Positions 38,951 through 49,796 of a stretch of 64,000 nucleotides of DNA are shown here, piece after piece. How positions within the stretch are numbered: position 1 is the first letter of the stretch; every line of letters starts with the position of its first letter. The translations under genes were made by a program, and so were the position numbers. The notes below the pieces were generated by a model that was not told the origin of the DNA, made no database searches, and saw nothing but the letters and a program-made list of their open reading frames with translations. The DNA comes from Candidatus Uhrbacteria bacterium GW2011_GWC2_41_11 (lineage in GTDB: Bacteria; Patescibacteriota; Patescibacteriia; UBA9934; GWF2-40-263), in the NCBI GenBank assembly GCA_000996355.1, contig LCAH01000007.1, positions 11,089 through 75,088 on the forward strand. Direction: 5' to 3'.

Positions 38951-39466
38951 TTATATGATGCGAATGATGCGATAAGTAGTTTCGTTTTTTTCTGTGCCAA
39001 GAATCGTGATTTCTTCACCTTGTTTTCGACCAAGGATTGCGGAACCAAGCGGGGAGACATGAGAGATACGGCCGCGAAGTGGATCGGTTTCTTGCGGTCC
39101 GACAATTTCGTAGGTTTTTTGCTGTCCATCTTTTTCAAGAATAACTGTTGAACCAAGCTGAACTTGCCCTTTTTTATTTTTATCCTGCTGAATAACAACC
39201 GCATGTTTGATGCGTTCTTTGAGAGAAAAAATACGACTGTGTAAACGGCGCATGCGAGATTTTGCTTCTTGATATTCAGCGTTTTCTGAAAAGTCTCCGA
39301 ATTCACCTGTCCGTCGGACATCTTGAACCGCTTGAGGAAGCTGAATATCTTCAAGGTCATGAAGCACTTTCTTTAATCGTTCAAGACCGTCAGCTGTGAG
39401 AAAGGCTGTATTTTCATCGTATGCTTTTTGTTTGAGTTGTTCGGATTTTCTGATAGGAAGTCGCAT
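38951..39466 (-). CDS. GreA/GreB family transcription elongation factor
   Basis: GDFSENAEY, ISHVSPLGSAILG. Confidence 0.95.
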   Translation of the reverse strand: MRLPIRKSEQLKQKAYDENTAFLTADGLERLKKVLHDLEDIQLPQAVQDVRRTGEFGDFSENAEYQEAKSRMRRLHSRIFSLKERIKHAVVIQQDKNKKGQVQLGSTVILEKDGQQKTYEIVGPQETDPLRGRISHVSPLGSAILGRKQGEEITILGTEKNETTYRIIRII

Positions 39467-39602
39467 AGAAATCGTTTCTATCGTACTGGGATCAATAAGG
39501 AAACGCAATCTTTGGTTGACACTTATGGCTTTTTTTGATGATCTATCATTGTTCTGTCAATAAAGGCGGAGCAGATTTGTTCCTTATTATTTGGAGAAAA
39601 AA

Positions 39603-40994
39603 ATGGAAATCCAATGTTCGGATTTGCCGACGATGACAGATGGAAAATTGCGTGCGATACAGAATCTTCTTGAAGAATGGTTAATCGCGGCAAATATTTC
39701 TCAGGAAATCATCGATGGCTGTCAGATGCATGTAGTGACGCAAGAGAAAGGAACGTCAACAACGAGACCTGTCGCTGTTCGTTCACAGATGCCGACCGGA
39801 ATTGGTCTTGTGGTGAAGATACGACTTCCCGGGAAAGGAAATGATTCTTGTTTTGCAGGGAATTTCCTTTTTCCGCATGGGACGAATTTGAACGAGATTG
39901 AGGCTTTGCTACGTGGAAAAGAAGAGCAAATGTCCGTGACCTTCCGAGGCGGAAAGAAAGGTATGAAAACAGCTTTTTTGTCTCTAGAAGCCGGGAAGAT
40001 GACCATAGAAGAAAAGGCACGCATTTTTTGTGAACGTTTGAAACAAAAACTGCATGGCGGAGCAGATTTTTCCACAAAAGATCTGACGGAAGAAGATGCT
40101 GCTGTTATCGAGTACGGTTCTCGAGATATTTTGATCGCGTGTTTAATAAATTTTGTAAGACTTGGTGTCATTGAACACAGAAATGGTAAGGGAATGTACC
40201 GATTAAGTCAGGCTGTTTTGAATTCGGATACACCAATACCAATAACCTTGGAAGATTTTTATCTTGCCTTGAACGATCAACAACAGGCTGCTCTTCCACT
40301 TTTGCGTAGTCCTGAATGTCAGGAAGCGGTGACGGGGAGGTCTGAGTTTCGTTTTCCCGGAACATTTCCGTTGGAGGAAGAAGACCGACGAAGTTTTGTT
40401 GAACTTGCCTACCAGGTCGGACTTTTCAGTAAGCGCGGAAAAAATGGAAATGGAGTCGAAGGAGAGGTCTGGTGTCTCAATGTTTCGGTCTATGATGAGG
40501 TGATTGCCCTTCATAAGCACATGACCACTGTCGAACCTTCGGCTGATATTCCTCCTTCTGTTCTTTCTGGTTTATCTGTTCCAATGAAAGAAGTTTCGGA
40601 ACGTAAACCAACAGAACAGGAATTGCTCCACACACTTCGGCAACAAAAAGCCGATTTGCATACTCAATGGGAACAAACACGTCAAGAATATTTCCGTTTG
40701 GAAGATCTTTTTCAGGATAAAAAAACACATCTGGATTCTATCCGAGAGCAGATTGCAAGACTTCAACAAGAAGAAACTCGTCAAGCATTGGAGTTGTTGC
40801 AAATCGAGGAACAGCGACAGACTGCCAAGAGTTTCGTAGACGCATGCAGTGACAAACAGATTGAATGCGAGCGAAATATCGAAGCGATTATTCGTCCGCA
40901 TCAGGATGTAATTCGAGATTTGATTCTTGAAGCAGCCACAACGCTTGGTGTGGATCCAAGGTTGTTGCTTGGAAAAATCAACGAGTCGATTTGA
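39603..40994 (+). CDS. hypothetical protein with C-terminal coiled coil
   Basis: Long ORF, GGAG RBS, upstream TTGACA. Confidence 0.75.
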   Translation: MEIQCSDLPTMTDGKLRAIQNLLEEWLIAANISQEIIDGCQMHVVTQEKGTSTTRPVAVRSQMPTGIGLVVKIRLPGKGNDSCFAGNFLFPHGTNLNEIEALLRGKEEQMSVTFRGGKKGMKTAFLSLEAGKMTIEEKARIFCERLKQKLHGGADFSTKDLTEEDAAVIEYGSRDILIACLINFVRLGVIEHRNGKGMYRLSQAVLNSDTPIPITLEDFYLALNDQQQAALPLLRSPECQEAVTGRSEFRFPGTFPLEEEDRRSFVELAYQVGLFSKRGKNGNGVEGEVWCLNVSVYDEVIALHKHMTTVEPSADIPPSVLSGLSVPMKEVSERKPTEQELLHTLRQQKADLHTQWEQTRQEYFRLEDLFQDKKTHLDSIREQIARLQQEETRQALELLQIEEQRQTAKSFVDACSDKQIECERNIEAIIRPHQDVIRDLILEAATTLGVDPRLLLGKINESI

Positions 40995-41243
40995 ATCTTT
41001 TCCGGTTGTGTTGTAAAAATACGATCGGATTTTTTTTATTGAGAACAAGATCTGTTTGATCAAAAGAAAAAAAATCGGTACTATTTTTGTGTCGCTTCTA
41101 AACGGATCAGTCGTGATTTATCTTGTTGATTTACGTCAAAGACAGAAGGATTGATTTTTTCATCCTTGAATCAGAAAGAGAAGCATTGTATATTGCGCGC
41201 GTATTTTTCATTTACTATTCCTATCCATAATATTTGTTCATCT

Positions 41244-41708
41244 ATGATGACCTTAAAACAGCTTCTCGAAACAACACAACCCGGACAAACTCTTCTTGCG
41301 CACAATGATCCATTTGATTATCAGGGTAAAGCCGAGATTACCTTGGAAGGTGGAGACGTTATTTATTGGCTTTTTAATGAAAAAGATTCTTTTATTTCTG
41401 TCAATCCGGAAACAGATGAAATGGTCGACTTTCGAGGGGTGGAAGATGAAGTAGAACGTGAGGAAGATGACCCAGGAACCGTTGGATACGAAGGAGATAA
41501 TTATGAACTTTCTTACGAAGATCGTGGAACACTTACAAAAATAGAGGGTGATATTCCTCTCGAAGAAGGTCATATTTTTGTTTTTAAAGATTATGAAAAG
41601 GAGGATGGTGGTCTTGTGCGAATTTTGGAAAATGAAATGACCGGGGAAGAACAAATTTATGCCGGGTCTATATTAGTAGAAGAAGAAGTGACCTTGGTCG
41701 AAGATTAA
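41244..41708 (+). CDS. hypothetical acidic protein (DUF4178-like)
   Basis: Beta-rich acidic ORF; family guess is weak. Confidence 0.6.
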   Translation: MMTLKQLLETTQPGQTLLAHNDPFDYQGKAEITLEGGDVIYWLFNEKDSFISVNPETDEMVDFRGVEDEVEREEDDPGTVGYEGDNYELSYEDRGTLTKIEGDIPLEEGHIFVFKDYEKEDGGLVRILENEMTGEEQIYAGSILVEEEVTLVED

Positions 41709-41730
41709 ATTTTTTCTTAGGAGGAGAAAC

Positions 41731-42921
41731 ATGAAACGTGCGCTCATAGGGATAACAATCGGAGCGTTGGTCGCTGTTGCATTAGCACTGGCCACGGTTG
41801 TTGTATTGCGTCGTTTAAATCCTTCGAATGAATTGCGTCGGATGTTTTTTGCCATGTCTCGTGTGACCGCATTTGAAACATCCCTTGCCTTCAGTTGGAC
41901 AAAGGAAGATGCTCCAAAGAATCGAGTTACAACAACGATGTATACGAAAGGCAATGGGGAAATGAAACAGGGAAAAATGGGAGATTACGACATGATGTTT
42001 CGTGCAGTAGAGGTACATGAAACAGGTTCGGATAAAGATATCTCCGGAGAAATTCGAAAACAAGGAGACAGATTTTATCTGACATATACCCCACCTGGTC
42101 CGGAAGGATTTCCTGTTTTTTCTTTAAAAGAAACATGGATTTCTTTTTCCCCTGACGAGCGGAAAAAATGGGGGCCTCTTATTCCGGGAGTCGAAATTCC
42201 TTTTTTTGTTCCATTCTTGTGGAATGAAGGTTCGCAAGACATAACCCAACAACTTGGTTTGTTGAGTCGTCTTGATCTTTTTCGTGTATTGCATGCAGAG
42301 GCAAGAGAATTGATTGGAAAGGTCGAAACACGTGTATTTGATGTTCGTTTAGAGCCAGATATTTTTCGTGCTTTTTTACTTGAGATAATTCGGATGCGTG
42401 ACGGACATGAACCAACAGATGAAGAACGTCTGCTTGTAGAAGACCAAACAATTCTTTTTCAGAGATTATCTATTCGTTTGTGGATTGGTGTTCAAGACCA
42501 TTTGGTGTATCGTTTGCAGACATCAGGTGATGGAGGAGATATGTTGGCAACGTTTGTTTATAAGGATTATTTTTCTCCTAGACATATTTCCGGATCTTTT
42601 CTTCCATTTTCTTCTTTGACAATAAAGCCTGTGCTTCCGCATTCCCAAAATATTTCTTCTGATTTTTCAGACACATCATTTTCTTTGAAAGAAGATATAC
42701 ACCTTCCAGTTGGAGAGGATCGAACAGAAACAACAGAAATTTCGAATATACATGATAAAGATCAGGACGGTTTAACAGATTTGCTTGAGGTATTTTACGG
42801 AACCAACGCGGAAAATTCAGATACGGACGGAGATGGGCAAACAGACGGAGAAGAAGTTCTTCAAGGAACAAATCCTCGGGGAAAAGGGTCACTGTTTGGT
42901 TTCGGACTTGAATCATTATGA
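41731..42921 (+). CDS. membrane-anchored protein with C-terminal TSP3-like Ca-binding repeats
   Basis: DKDQDGLTD...DTDGDGQTDGEE. Confidence 0.8.
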   Translation: MKRALIGITIGALVAVALALATVVVLRRLNPSNELRRMFFAMSRVTAFETSLAFSWTKEDAPKNRVTTTMYTKGNGEMKQGKMGDYDMMFRAVEVHETGSDKDISGEIRKQGDRFYLTYTPPGPEGFPVFSLKETWISFSPDERKKWGPLIPGVEIPFFVPFLWNEGSQDITQQLGLLSRLDLFRVLHAEARELIGKVETRVFDVRLEPDIFRAFLLEIIRMRDGHEPTDEERLLVEDQTILFQRLSIRLWIGVQDHLVYRLQTSGDGGDMLATFVYKDYFSPRHISGSFLPFSSLTIKPVLPHSQNISSDFSDTSFSLKEDIHLPVGEDRTETTEISNIHDKDQDGLTDLLEVFYGTNAENSDTDGDGQTDGEEVLQGTNPRGKGSLFGFGLESL

Positions 42922-44714
42922 GACATTCAGTCGCTGACGCACGCAAACCATTTCGACGTTGGAAAACATTAGGTTCTCCTTCCGGTGGATCGGATATACG
43001 CATACGAATTTTGTATGCGGGAGCTGTTTTTTTTGCTCTGTGCATCATGGCAAAACTCGTGTTTGTTCAGTTGATTGATCATGCGTTTTATGAAGCATTG
43101 GCTTCGGGACAACATCAATTGTTTCAAGAACTTATTCCTGAACGCGGAGATATTTTTGTTCATGATACAAAGGATGGCACACTCGTCGCTGTAGCCACAA
43201 ATGAATTAAAAGCATTTCTTTATGCAGATCCTCGACAAGTGAAAGATTCTCAAATGATCGCGAAGACTCTTGGGCAAATTTTGGAATGGGATGAAGAGAA
43301 AACCATGGAACTTGCCGGACGTCTTTCAAATGAGAAAGATCCATATGAACCTATTGCCAGAGAAGTGAATGAGAATCGGTTACAGCAGGTGATTGCGGCA
43401 GGTTTGGAAGGAATTGGATATGTGCGTGAACCTGCACGTATCTATCCGGAATCTGGTTTGGGAGGTCATGTATTCGGTTTTGTTGGATTTGATCATGAAG
43501 GTTATCGATCCGGCAAATATGGTATTGAAGGCTATTTTGATAAAGATTTAACAGGAATTCCAGGCTTTTTACGGTCTGAACGTGATTTGGCAGGGCGATT
43601 GATTGCCATTGGAGAACGTTCGTATGAACCAGCCGTGGATGGTGCGGATATTATCTTGACCTTGGATCGAACCGTTCAATTTACGGTTTGTTCCAAACTT
43701 GTGGAAACAGTTCGAAAACATGATGCAGATGGAGGTTCGATTGTTATTCTTGAACCATCCACCGGACGCATTTTAGCTATGTGCGGAGTTCCGGATTTTG
43801 ATTCAAATCAATATAACAAAGTTCCAGACATCACGGCATATAACAATCCGGCAATTTTTGATTCATACGAACCAGGATCTATTTTTAAGTCCATGACCAT
43901 GGCTGCGGCTATTGATACAGGATCTGTGAACCCAATGACGTTGTTTGAAGATACAGGTTCCGTTCTTGTCGATGGTTGGCCAAAACCGATTGCGAATGCG
44001 GAAAATAAAAAATATGGCGTTGTGACCATGACGGATGTTTTAGATAATTCAATCAATACCGGAGTTATTTTTGCCATGCGTCAAATGGGTATGGATCCAT
44101 TTGTCTCTGCTGTAAAAGATTTTGGATTTGGAAAAAAAACAGGGGTGGAGATGGAAACAGAAGCGGCAGGAAATATTTCCTCCCTTGATATTGGAGAAGA
44201 AATTTATGCAGCAACAGCATCCTTTGGTCAGGGAATTACCGTGACCCCTTTGCAAATGGCTGCCGCTTATGCCGCTATTGCGAATGGAGGGGTGTTACTT
44301 GAGCCGCACATTGTGGATGAAATTCGTTATACAGACGGACGTGTAGATAAAAAAGCGGTGAAAGAAGTTCGTCGTGTCATTCAAGAAAAGACTGCACGTC
44401 TGGTCGGTGCCATGCTTGTTTCGGTTGTGGAAAACGGTCATGGAAAGCGAGCGGGTGTGCCTGGGTATTATATCGGGGGAAAAACAGGGACCGCTCAGGT
44501 GCCAAAAAAAGACGGGGGCGGATATGATTCAGACATCACCATTGGTTCATTTGCAGGTTTTGGACCGATCAATGATCCGCGATTTGTTATGGTAGTACGT
44601 ATTGATAATCCCAAAGATATTCGTTGGGCTGAATCCACAGCTGCTCCTCTTTTTGGTGAAATTGCGGATTTTTTGTTACGCTATTATGAGATTCCTCCAG
44701 AACGTCCTCTTTGA
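42918..44714 (+). CDS. ftsI: class B penicillin-binding protein
   Basis: EPGSIFK, SIN, GKTGTAQ; upstream of murF. Confidence 0.9.
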   Translation: MRHSVADARKPFRRWKTLGSPSGGSDIRIRILYAGAVFFALCIMAKLVFVQLIDHAFYEALASGQHQLFQELIPERGDIFVHDTKDGTLVAVATNELKAFLYADPRQVKDSQMIAKTLGQILEWDEEKTMELAGRLSNEKDPYEPIAREVNENRLQQVIAAGLEGIGYVREPARIYPESGLGGHVFGFVGFDHEGYRSGKYGIEGYFDKDLTGIPGFLRSERDLAGRLIAIGERSYEPAVDGADIILTLDRTVQFTVCSKLVETVRKHDADGGSIVILEPSTGRILAMCGVPDFDSNQYNKVPDITAYNNPAIFDSYEPGSIFKSMTMAAAIDTGSVNPMTLFEDTGSVLVDGWPKPIANAENKKYGVVTMTDVLDNSINTGVIFAMRQMGMDPFVSAVKDFGFGKKTGVEMETEAAGNISSLDIGEEIYAATASFGQGITVTPLQMAAAYAAIANGGVLLEPHIVDEIRYTDGRVDKKAVKEVRRVIQEKTARLVGAMLVSVVENGHGKRAGVPGYYIGGKTGTAQVPKKDGGGYDSDITIGSFAGFGPINDPRFVMVVRIDNPKDIRWAESTAAPLFGEIADFLLRYYEIPPERPL

Positions 44715-44732
44715 ATAGATAAAGAGAAATGT

Positions 44733-46013
44733 ATGAAAAAAATGATTCAACGTCTTTTGTCTCGGAAAGTGCAAGCTCTTATTCACAAACATCAACCGCG
44801 CGTGATTGCGGTTACAGGATCGGTTGGAAAGACATCAACAAAAGGAGCTATTGCTGCTGTGCTCGGAAAAAAATTTCATGTGCGGACATCTCCAGAAAAT
44901 TATAACAATGAGTTTGGGGTTCCACTTGCGATTTTGGGTTTGAAAAGTCCCGGTCGTTCTGTATTTGGTTGGTTAAAGGTTCTTTTTTATACAGAAAAAG
45001 ATTTTCCGGATATTCTTATTCTTGAATTTGGAGCAGATCGTCCGGGTGATATTCGGTCTCTTTGTGATCTTGTGTTGCCTGAAGTGGGAGTTGTGACAGC
45101 GATCTCTCCGGTCCATGTAGAATTTTTTGGAACGATTGAAGCATTAGCAGATGAAAAAGCTGAGCTTGTCCGTCGCATTCCAGGAGGAGGATTGGTTGTC
45201 CTGAACGCAGATGATGATCGTGTGATTGTGATGCGTGATCAGACAAAAACGAATGTCCTCACATATGGAACACGTCCAGCTGATATTCGGGGAAGTGAAT
45301 ATACACTCACAACTCGTGAAGATTTTTCCTTTGAACCAGAAGAGATATTTTCTTCAATTGCGTTTTGTGTTCATGTCGATGAAGAAGAACGGAAAATCGT
45401 GATGAAAGATATGCTTGGTCGTCAACAAATGAGTGCGATCCTTGCAGCAATTACGGTTGGAAAATATTTTGGTCTGTCATTAGAAGAAATAGAGGAAAAC
45501 CTCAAAGATTATCAATTACCTCCCGGTCGCCTCAAACCAATTCCTGGAATAAAAGGGTGTCTTATTTTGGATGATTCCTATAATGCGGCTCCAGCGTCTA
45601 TGGCTGCTGCATTGACAGTTCTTCAAGATTTTCATCCAGTTGAACATGCGCGTCGAATTGCGGTTTTGAGTGATATGGCTGAGCTTGGAAATTATTCACA
45701 GGATGAACATCGTAGATTGGGATTTCAGGTTGCAGCGGCAAATGTTGATCTGTTGATTTGTGTGGGAGAAAAAGCAAGGGATATTTGTCGCGGGGCAGCG
45801 GAGGCAGGAATAGAAGCGGAAAAATTGTTTGAATTTTCAAACATTGAAGAAGCTGGTCGTTGGCTTGACCGAAATGTTCACAAAGGCGATATTGTTTTGG
45901 TTAAAGGATCACAAGGGATGCGCATGGAAAAAATCGTGAAGGAAATCATGGCCGAACCATTACGTGCGTCCGAGCTGTTGGTTCGTCAATACGGAAAATG
46001 GTTGGAAACATAG
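44733..46013 (+). CDS. murF: UDP-MurNAc-tripeptide:D-Ala-D-Ala ligase
   Basis: VTGSVGKTSTK, DDSYNA, DMAELG, LVKGSQG. Confidence 0.95.
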   Translation: MKKMIQRLLSRKVQALIHKHQPRVIAVTGSVGKTSTKGAIAAVLGKKFHVRTSPENYNNEFGVPLAILGLKSPGRSVFGWLKVLFYTEKDFPDILILEFGADRPGDIRSLCDLVLPEVGVVTAISPVHVEFFGTIEALADEKAELVRRIPGGGLVVLNADDDRVIVMRDQTKTNVLTYGTRPADIRGSEYTLTTREDFSFEPEEIFSSIAFCVHVDEEERKIVMKDMLGRQQMSAILAAITVGKYFGLSLEEIEENLKDYQLPPGRLKPIPGIKGCLILDDSYNAAPASMAAALTVLQDFHPVEHARRIAVLSDMAELGNYSQDEHRRLGFQVAAANVDLLICVGEKARDICRGAAEAGIEAEKLFEFSNIEEAGRWLDRNVHKGDIVLVKGSQGMRMEKIVKEIMAEPLRASELLVRQYGKWLET

Positions 46014-46071
46014 ATTATTATTTCTTTTCTCGACAATTGATTTTATGCGTGTTATCCTCGTGCACGCTTAA

Positions 46072-46146
46072 GGCCCTATCGTCTAATGGTTAGGACGCAA
46101 GGTTCTCATCCTTGTAATCCGGGTTCGATCCCCGGTGGGGTCACCA
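46072..46146 (+). tRNA. tRNA-Glu(CTC)
   Basis: CAAGG-TTCTCAT-CCTTG anticodon arm, TTCGATC T-loop, CCA. Confidence 0.94.
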
Positions 46147-46209
46147 ACAAAAATACCCAGTATATGTTTTGGGTATTTTTGTTATCATCGAATTTTTTGG
46201 ACGAAAATT

Positions 46210-46419
46210 TTATTTTCCGCCGCAACACTTACACACACCCCCAAACATTTTTTGAAGTCCGATCAATATGAGGAAAAGAGGCCAGAGAATATTTGTTGTG
46301 GCAGCACTTATGACATTCATGGTTTGGAGAAGGAAAACAAGACCAATAAGAAAAATGAAAAATGGAACCATTCGATGATGTGGACATTTGCATCCCCCGC
46401 TTTTGCAACATTCTTGCAT
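46210..46419 (-). CDS. small 2-TM protein with Cys/His-rich ends
   Basis: CCKSGGCKCPHH...CKCC. Confidence 0.75.
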   Translation of the reverse strand: MQECCKSGGCKCPHHRMVPFFIFLIGLVFLLQTMNVISAATTNILWPLFLILIGLQKMFGGVCKCCGGK

Positions 46420-46544
46420 ATGAATTTATAAGTGTTTTTTAGATTTAGTAAAAGATTTCTTTTATTTTCTCATAAAAGAAATTTTTGTGAAAGGAATTTT
46501 TTTGCCCATTCATCCCTTTTCCTTTAAACTAACTATACATATAA

Positions 46545-47525
46545 ATGAAACTTATGCTTCAAACATCAGAAACGGTCGCGATTCGTTTAAAGAAACAAAC
46601 ATTATTTACTCTGGTGGGGGTTGGTTTTCTTTTTCTCATTTTTTTCATGAAAAATCCTTCGTATGTGATTTCGGACAGTTGGTTTATTGTGGAGATTCTT
46701 TTTCTCACATTTTTAACACGTACAGTCAGTATACGATATGGATTCGGTGTTTTTTCTCAAGGGGTGGTGTTAAGTGGATTGGCTGCAATTGTGCTTTGGC
46801 GTCTGTTGGGCACAGCAGGACTTCAGGATACAAGGTTTGGAGAGATGATTGCAGTCACTGCAGAAGAAATTTTGAAATTTGTTCCTGTTGCCCTTGCTCT
46901 CTTTTTTGTTTCCAGAAAAAAAGATTTTCGTTTTAATGCATCAGATGTGGTTTTTCTTTCGGTGATGGCTGGGGCAGGATTTGGATTTTTTGAAAAATCT
47001 TTTTGGGAAGGGGTTTCCTTTCCGTTTATTTATGGACCACACTTAAGTTCGTTGTATTTTTTCCCAGATGCATTGGGAATCTATGTAAGTGGAGAACCAT
47101 TCGGATATATCGGACATGCGGCTGCAACCGGACTTATTGGGATGGGAGTTGCAATTGGTTGCATCCTCAAGGCACGTCGAAATCTTTTTTGGTGGGTCGT
47201 TCCGCTCTGTACATTTGTCTGGGTCACAGCGGAGCATATTCTTTCAAATCTTTACTATGTTGACGGAACAGAGACGTTGTTGAAATTAGGCGGTGGGATG
47301 CTTACACCTTGGATTTTTCTTATATTTTTTATTGGAATTCTTGGATGGGAAGTCTCTGTGTTAAAACAATTCTTGATAAAACATCCGGAAGAAAAAGCAT
47401 CGCTTTATCGAGAGAAAAAAACGTTTATTCATGCATTGAAAATGAAACGATTTGATTCTCAGAGCGGATGTGCTTTTGTACGCAAACTTCGAGCAGTAAA
47501 TTCATTAGCACAATCAGAACAATAA
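46545..47525 (+). CDS. PrsW family intramembrane metalloprotease
   Basis: AEEILK, GAGFGFFE, GHAAATG, H..SN. Confidence 0.85.
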   Translation: MKLMLQTSETVAIRLKKQTLFTLVGVGFLFLIFFMKNPSYVISDSWFIVEILFLTFLTRTVSIRYGFGVFSQGVVLSGLAAIVLWRLLGTAGLQDTRFGEMIAVTAEEILKFVPVALALFFVSRKKDFRFNASDVVFLSVMAGAGFGFFEKSFWEGVSFPFIYGPHLSSLYFFPDALGIYVSGEPFGYIGHAAATGLIGMGVAIGCILKARRNLFWWVVPLCTFVWVTAEHILSNLYYVDGTETLLKLGGGMLTPWIFLIFFIGILGWEVSVLKQFLIKHPEEKASLYREKKTFIHALKMKRFDSQSGCAFVRKLRAVNSLAQSEQ

Positions 47526-47534
47526 TATTTTTTT

Positions 47535-47756
47535 ATGATACACATTCCTGATTTATTGAATTTTCTTCATAATATCGGTTCCGCAGCAGAAGAGTCCGGA
47601 ACGCAAGGATGGCTTCCGAGTGCCATTGGAGGTGCTTTTGGCGGATTGGGAAATATAATGAATTCTGCCGTTCATACCAAAATTCAGGAAAATGCACAAA
47701 AAGCCGGAACGAGCGGAGATCAAAATCTTGAAGATCGCGCAAACAAACTTTGGTGA
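47535..47756 (+). CDS. small hypothetical protein
   Basis: 73-aa ORF filling the gap after the PrsW-like gene. Confidence 0.5.
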   Translation: MIHIPDLLNFLHNIGSAAEESGTQGWLPSAIGGAFGGLGNIMNSAVHTKIQENAQKAGTSGDQNLEDRANKLW

Positions 47757-47813
47757 GGCAATTTTCTAATTTTTTTGATATACGAGACCGATCATATTTA
47801 TTTGTTTATTCCT

Positions 47814-48773
47814 ATGTTTGATTTGAAATGGAAGAGAATACTCGCATGTGCTCTTTTCCTTCTTTTAGGTTTTTCTATAAGTTTTTCAGCGATGGCTGCC
47901 CGTGGAGGCGGTCGTGGATCCGGCGGCGGTTCAGGGTCCGGAGGAAGTTCAGGTTCTGGATCAGGTCTCGGGTCTTTGGGTTTGGGAAATGGGTTTACAC
48001 TGCCTGAAGTCGGGTCATCCACGGAAGAAACAAGGGATGGAACTATTGCATCACGGCTTGATTATGAAACCTTGCAAACAAAACTGCTTGCACGCATCGA
48101 TACTGTGATCACCAAACTGGAAAATGCAATCGCTGCTATTGATGATTCTTTGCTCGTACAAGGAACAAAGGATGTTTTGACCGCGGGTCTTGAGGATACA
48201 ATCTCTTTGCTTGAGATATATCGAAGTCAAGCGGAAACTGCGACCACATTTGAGGCATTGCAACAGATTAATGAGGAAGCCGTTACATATCTTGCGTCTC
48301 AAAAGGACGTGATCAGGACGAGTGTTCAGGCAGGTATGGAAGAGATTGCAGCAAACACGATCGATCGGATGCAGGACGTGTCTGAGAAAACAACGGAATC
48401 ATTGTGCAAATTATGGGTTTCTTGTCCAGAAAATCGCGAGGAGATCGAACGGCTTCTTTCGGATGTTTCTGTTGTAAGCGAGACGTTGAATACTGTCGAA
48501 GAGGAATCGTTGAGTGCGCTTGAAAGCCAACTGCTTGTTGATCTCAAAGCAAAGGATATGGAAGCGATTCAGGCGGATGTTGAGACGTATGCTGCGCTTG
48601 CAAAGCGGATCGTGGGCGATATCCAGGTCGTGTACAACACCTGCATGACGGACAATACGGAAGGAGAAACAGAAGATCAAGCGGAAAATAATCGTCTAAC
48701 TTCCGCTGCATTCGGATCCTCTGTTCCGCGACCGGAAGAGAATCCTGTACCTGAACAATGTCAGGTGCTTTAA
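47814..48773 (+). CDS. secreted helical protein with Gly/Ser-rich N-terminal linker
   Basis: Signal peptide ending AMA; RGGGRGSGGGSGSGG. Confidence 0.75.
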   Translation: MFDLKWKRILACALFLLLGFSISFSAMAARGGGRGSGGGSGSGGSSGSGSGLGSLGLGNGFTLPEVGSSTEETRDGTIASRLDYETLQTKLLARIDTVITKLENAIAAIDDSLLVQGTKDVLTAGLEDTISLLEIYRSQAETATTFEALQQINEEAVTYLASQKDVIRTSVQAGMEEIAANTIDRMQDVSEKTTESLCKLWVSCPENREEIERLLSDVSVVSETLNTVEEESLSALESQLLVDLKAKDMEAIQADVETYAALAKRIVGDIQVVYNTCMTDNTEGETEDQAENNRLTSAAFGSSVPRPEENPVPEQCQVL

Positions 48774-48803
48774 AACAAGAGGTTTTTCTTAAATGAATGG
48801 TCT

Positions 48804-49772
48804 ATGTTTTTTTCAAAAAAGTTTTTTGTTCTTTTTTCGATTATGGTCGGTTTTCAGGCTGTCAGTGTTCTTCCAGTGCTTGCTGGAACGGCAGGAGTCG
48901 GAGACATCATCAAGTGTTCAGATTTTTCCTCGGTTTATTATCTTGCGGAAGATGGAAATCGCTATGCATTTCCAAATGAGAACATTTATCGAAGCTGGTA
49001 CACAGATTTCAGCGAAGTAAAAACTGTTTCTTGTTCCGATCTCGCATCTTTGCGTCTGGTTGGTCTTGTACCATATCGCGAAGGATTGCGACTTATAAAA
49101 ATAACGAGCGCGCCAACCGTGTATGCGGTTGAACCGGAAGGATATCTTCGTGCTCTCAAGGATGAGACACAAGCCGCTCTTCTTTACGGAGAGGATTGGA
49201 ACGCATTGGTGGACGATCTTCCAGATGTTTTTTTTGGAACGTATGAAGTGGGCAAACCATTGTCAGATGGAGAAATTCCAGAAGGATTTCTCGTTTCCGA
49301 TGCAGAGGAAAATATTTTTCGTATAGGAACGGATGGTAAAGCTCTTGAAATTGATTCCTTGTTTACGTTCGGACAAGGAGAAACACTGCAAGGTGCGGCA
49401 CAGTCCCTTGATGTTTTGGAAGCGCGATTGGAAAAAACTTTGGAACTTATTCGAGTTGTAGGAATGCCTGATGGAGACACGCAAACTGAGCTTGATGCAC
49501 TTATTGAAGTGATCCCTTTTGACGAAAAGGAGGGAGAAAATGTGGTACCCACATCTTTTGATGAAATAGAAACAGAAGAGGAAGAGAATGAACCGGCAGA
49601 GGAAGACACGCAAAATAAAGATGAGGAAAGCGTCACTTCATCTAATGATGAGGTAGAAGATCTTCTTTCCGATCTGGATGAACTTGTGAAAGAGGCCGAG
49701 GATTCCGTGAATGATCTGGAGCAGTTGTCAGAACAAAATCAAACACTGGAGGAGGAAGAAACCTCCGTATAA
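48804..49772 (+). CDS. secreted protein with VYY...GNRYAFPNE domain and acidic tail
   Basis: Signal peptide; I recall this motif from Parcubacteria-type surface proteins (unverified). Confidence 0.75.
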   Translation: MFFSKKFFVLFSIMVGFQAVSVLPVLAGTAGVGDIIKCSDFSSVYYLAEDGNRYAFPNENIYRSWYTDFSEVKTVSCSDLASLRLVGLVPYREGLRLIKITSAPTVYAVEPEGYLRALKDETQAALLYGEDWNALVDDLPDVFFGTYEVGKPLSDGEIPEGFLVSDAEENIFRIGTDGKALEIDSLFTFGQGETLQGAAQSLDVLEARLEKTLELIRVVGMPDGDTQTELDALIEVIPFDEKEGENVVPTSFDEIETEEEENEPAEEDTQNKDEESVTSSNDEVEDLLSDLDELVKEAEDSVNDLEQLSEQNQTLEEEETSV

Positions 49773-49796
49773 AAAAACTCCGTTTGTTTGACGGAG

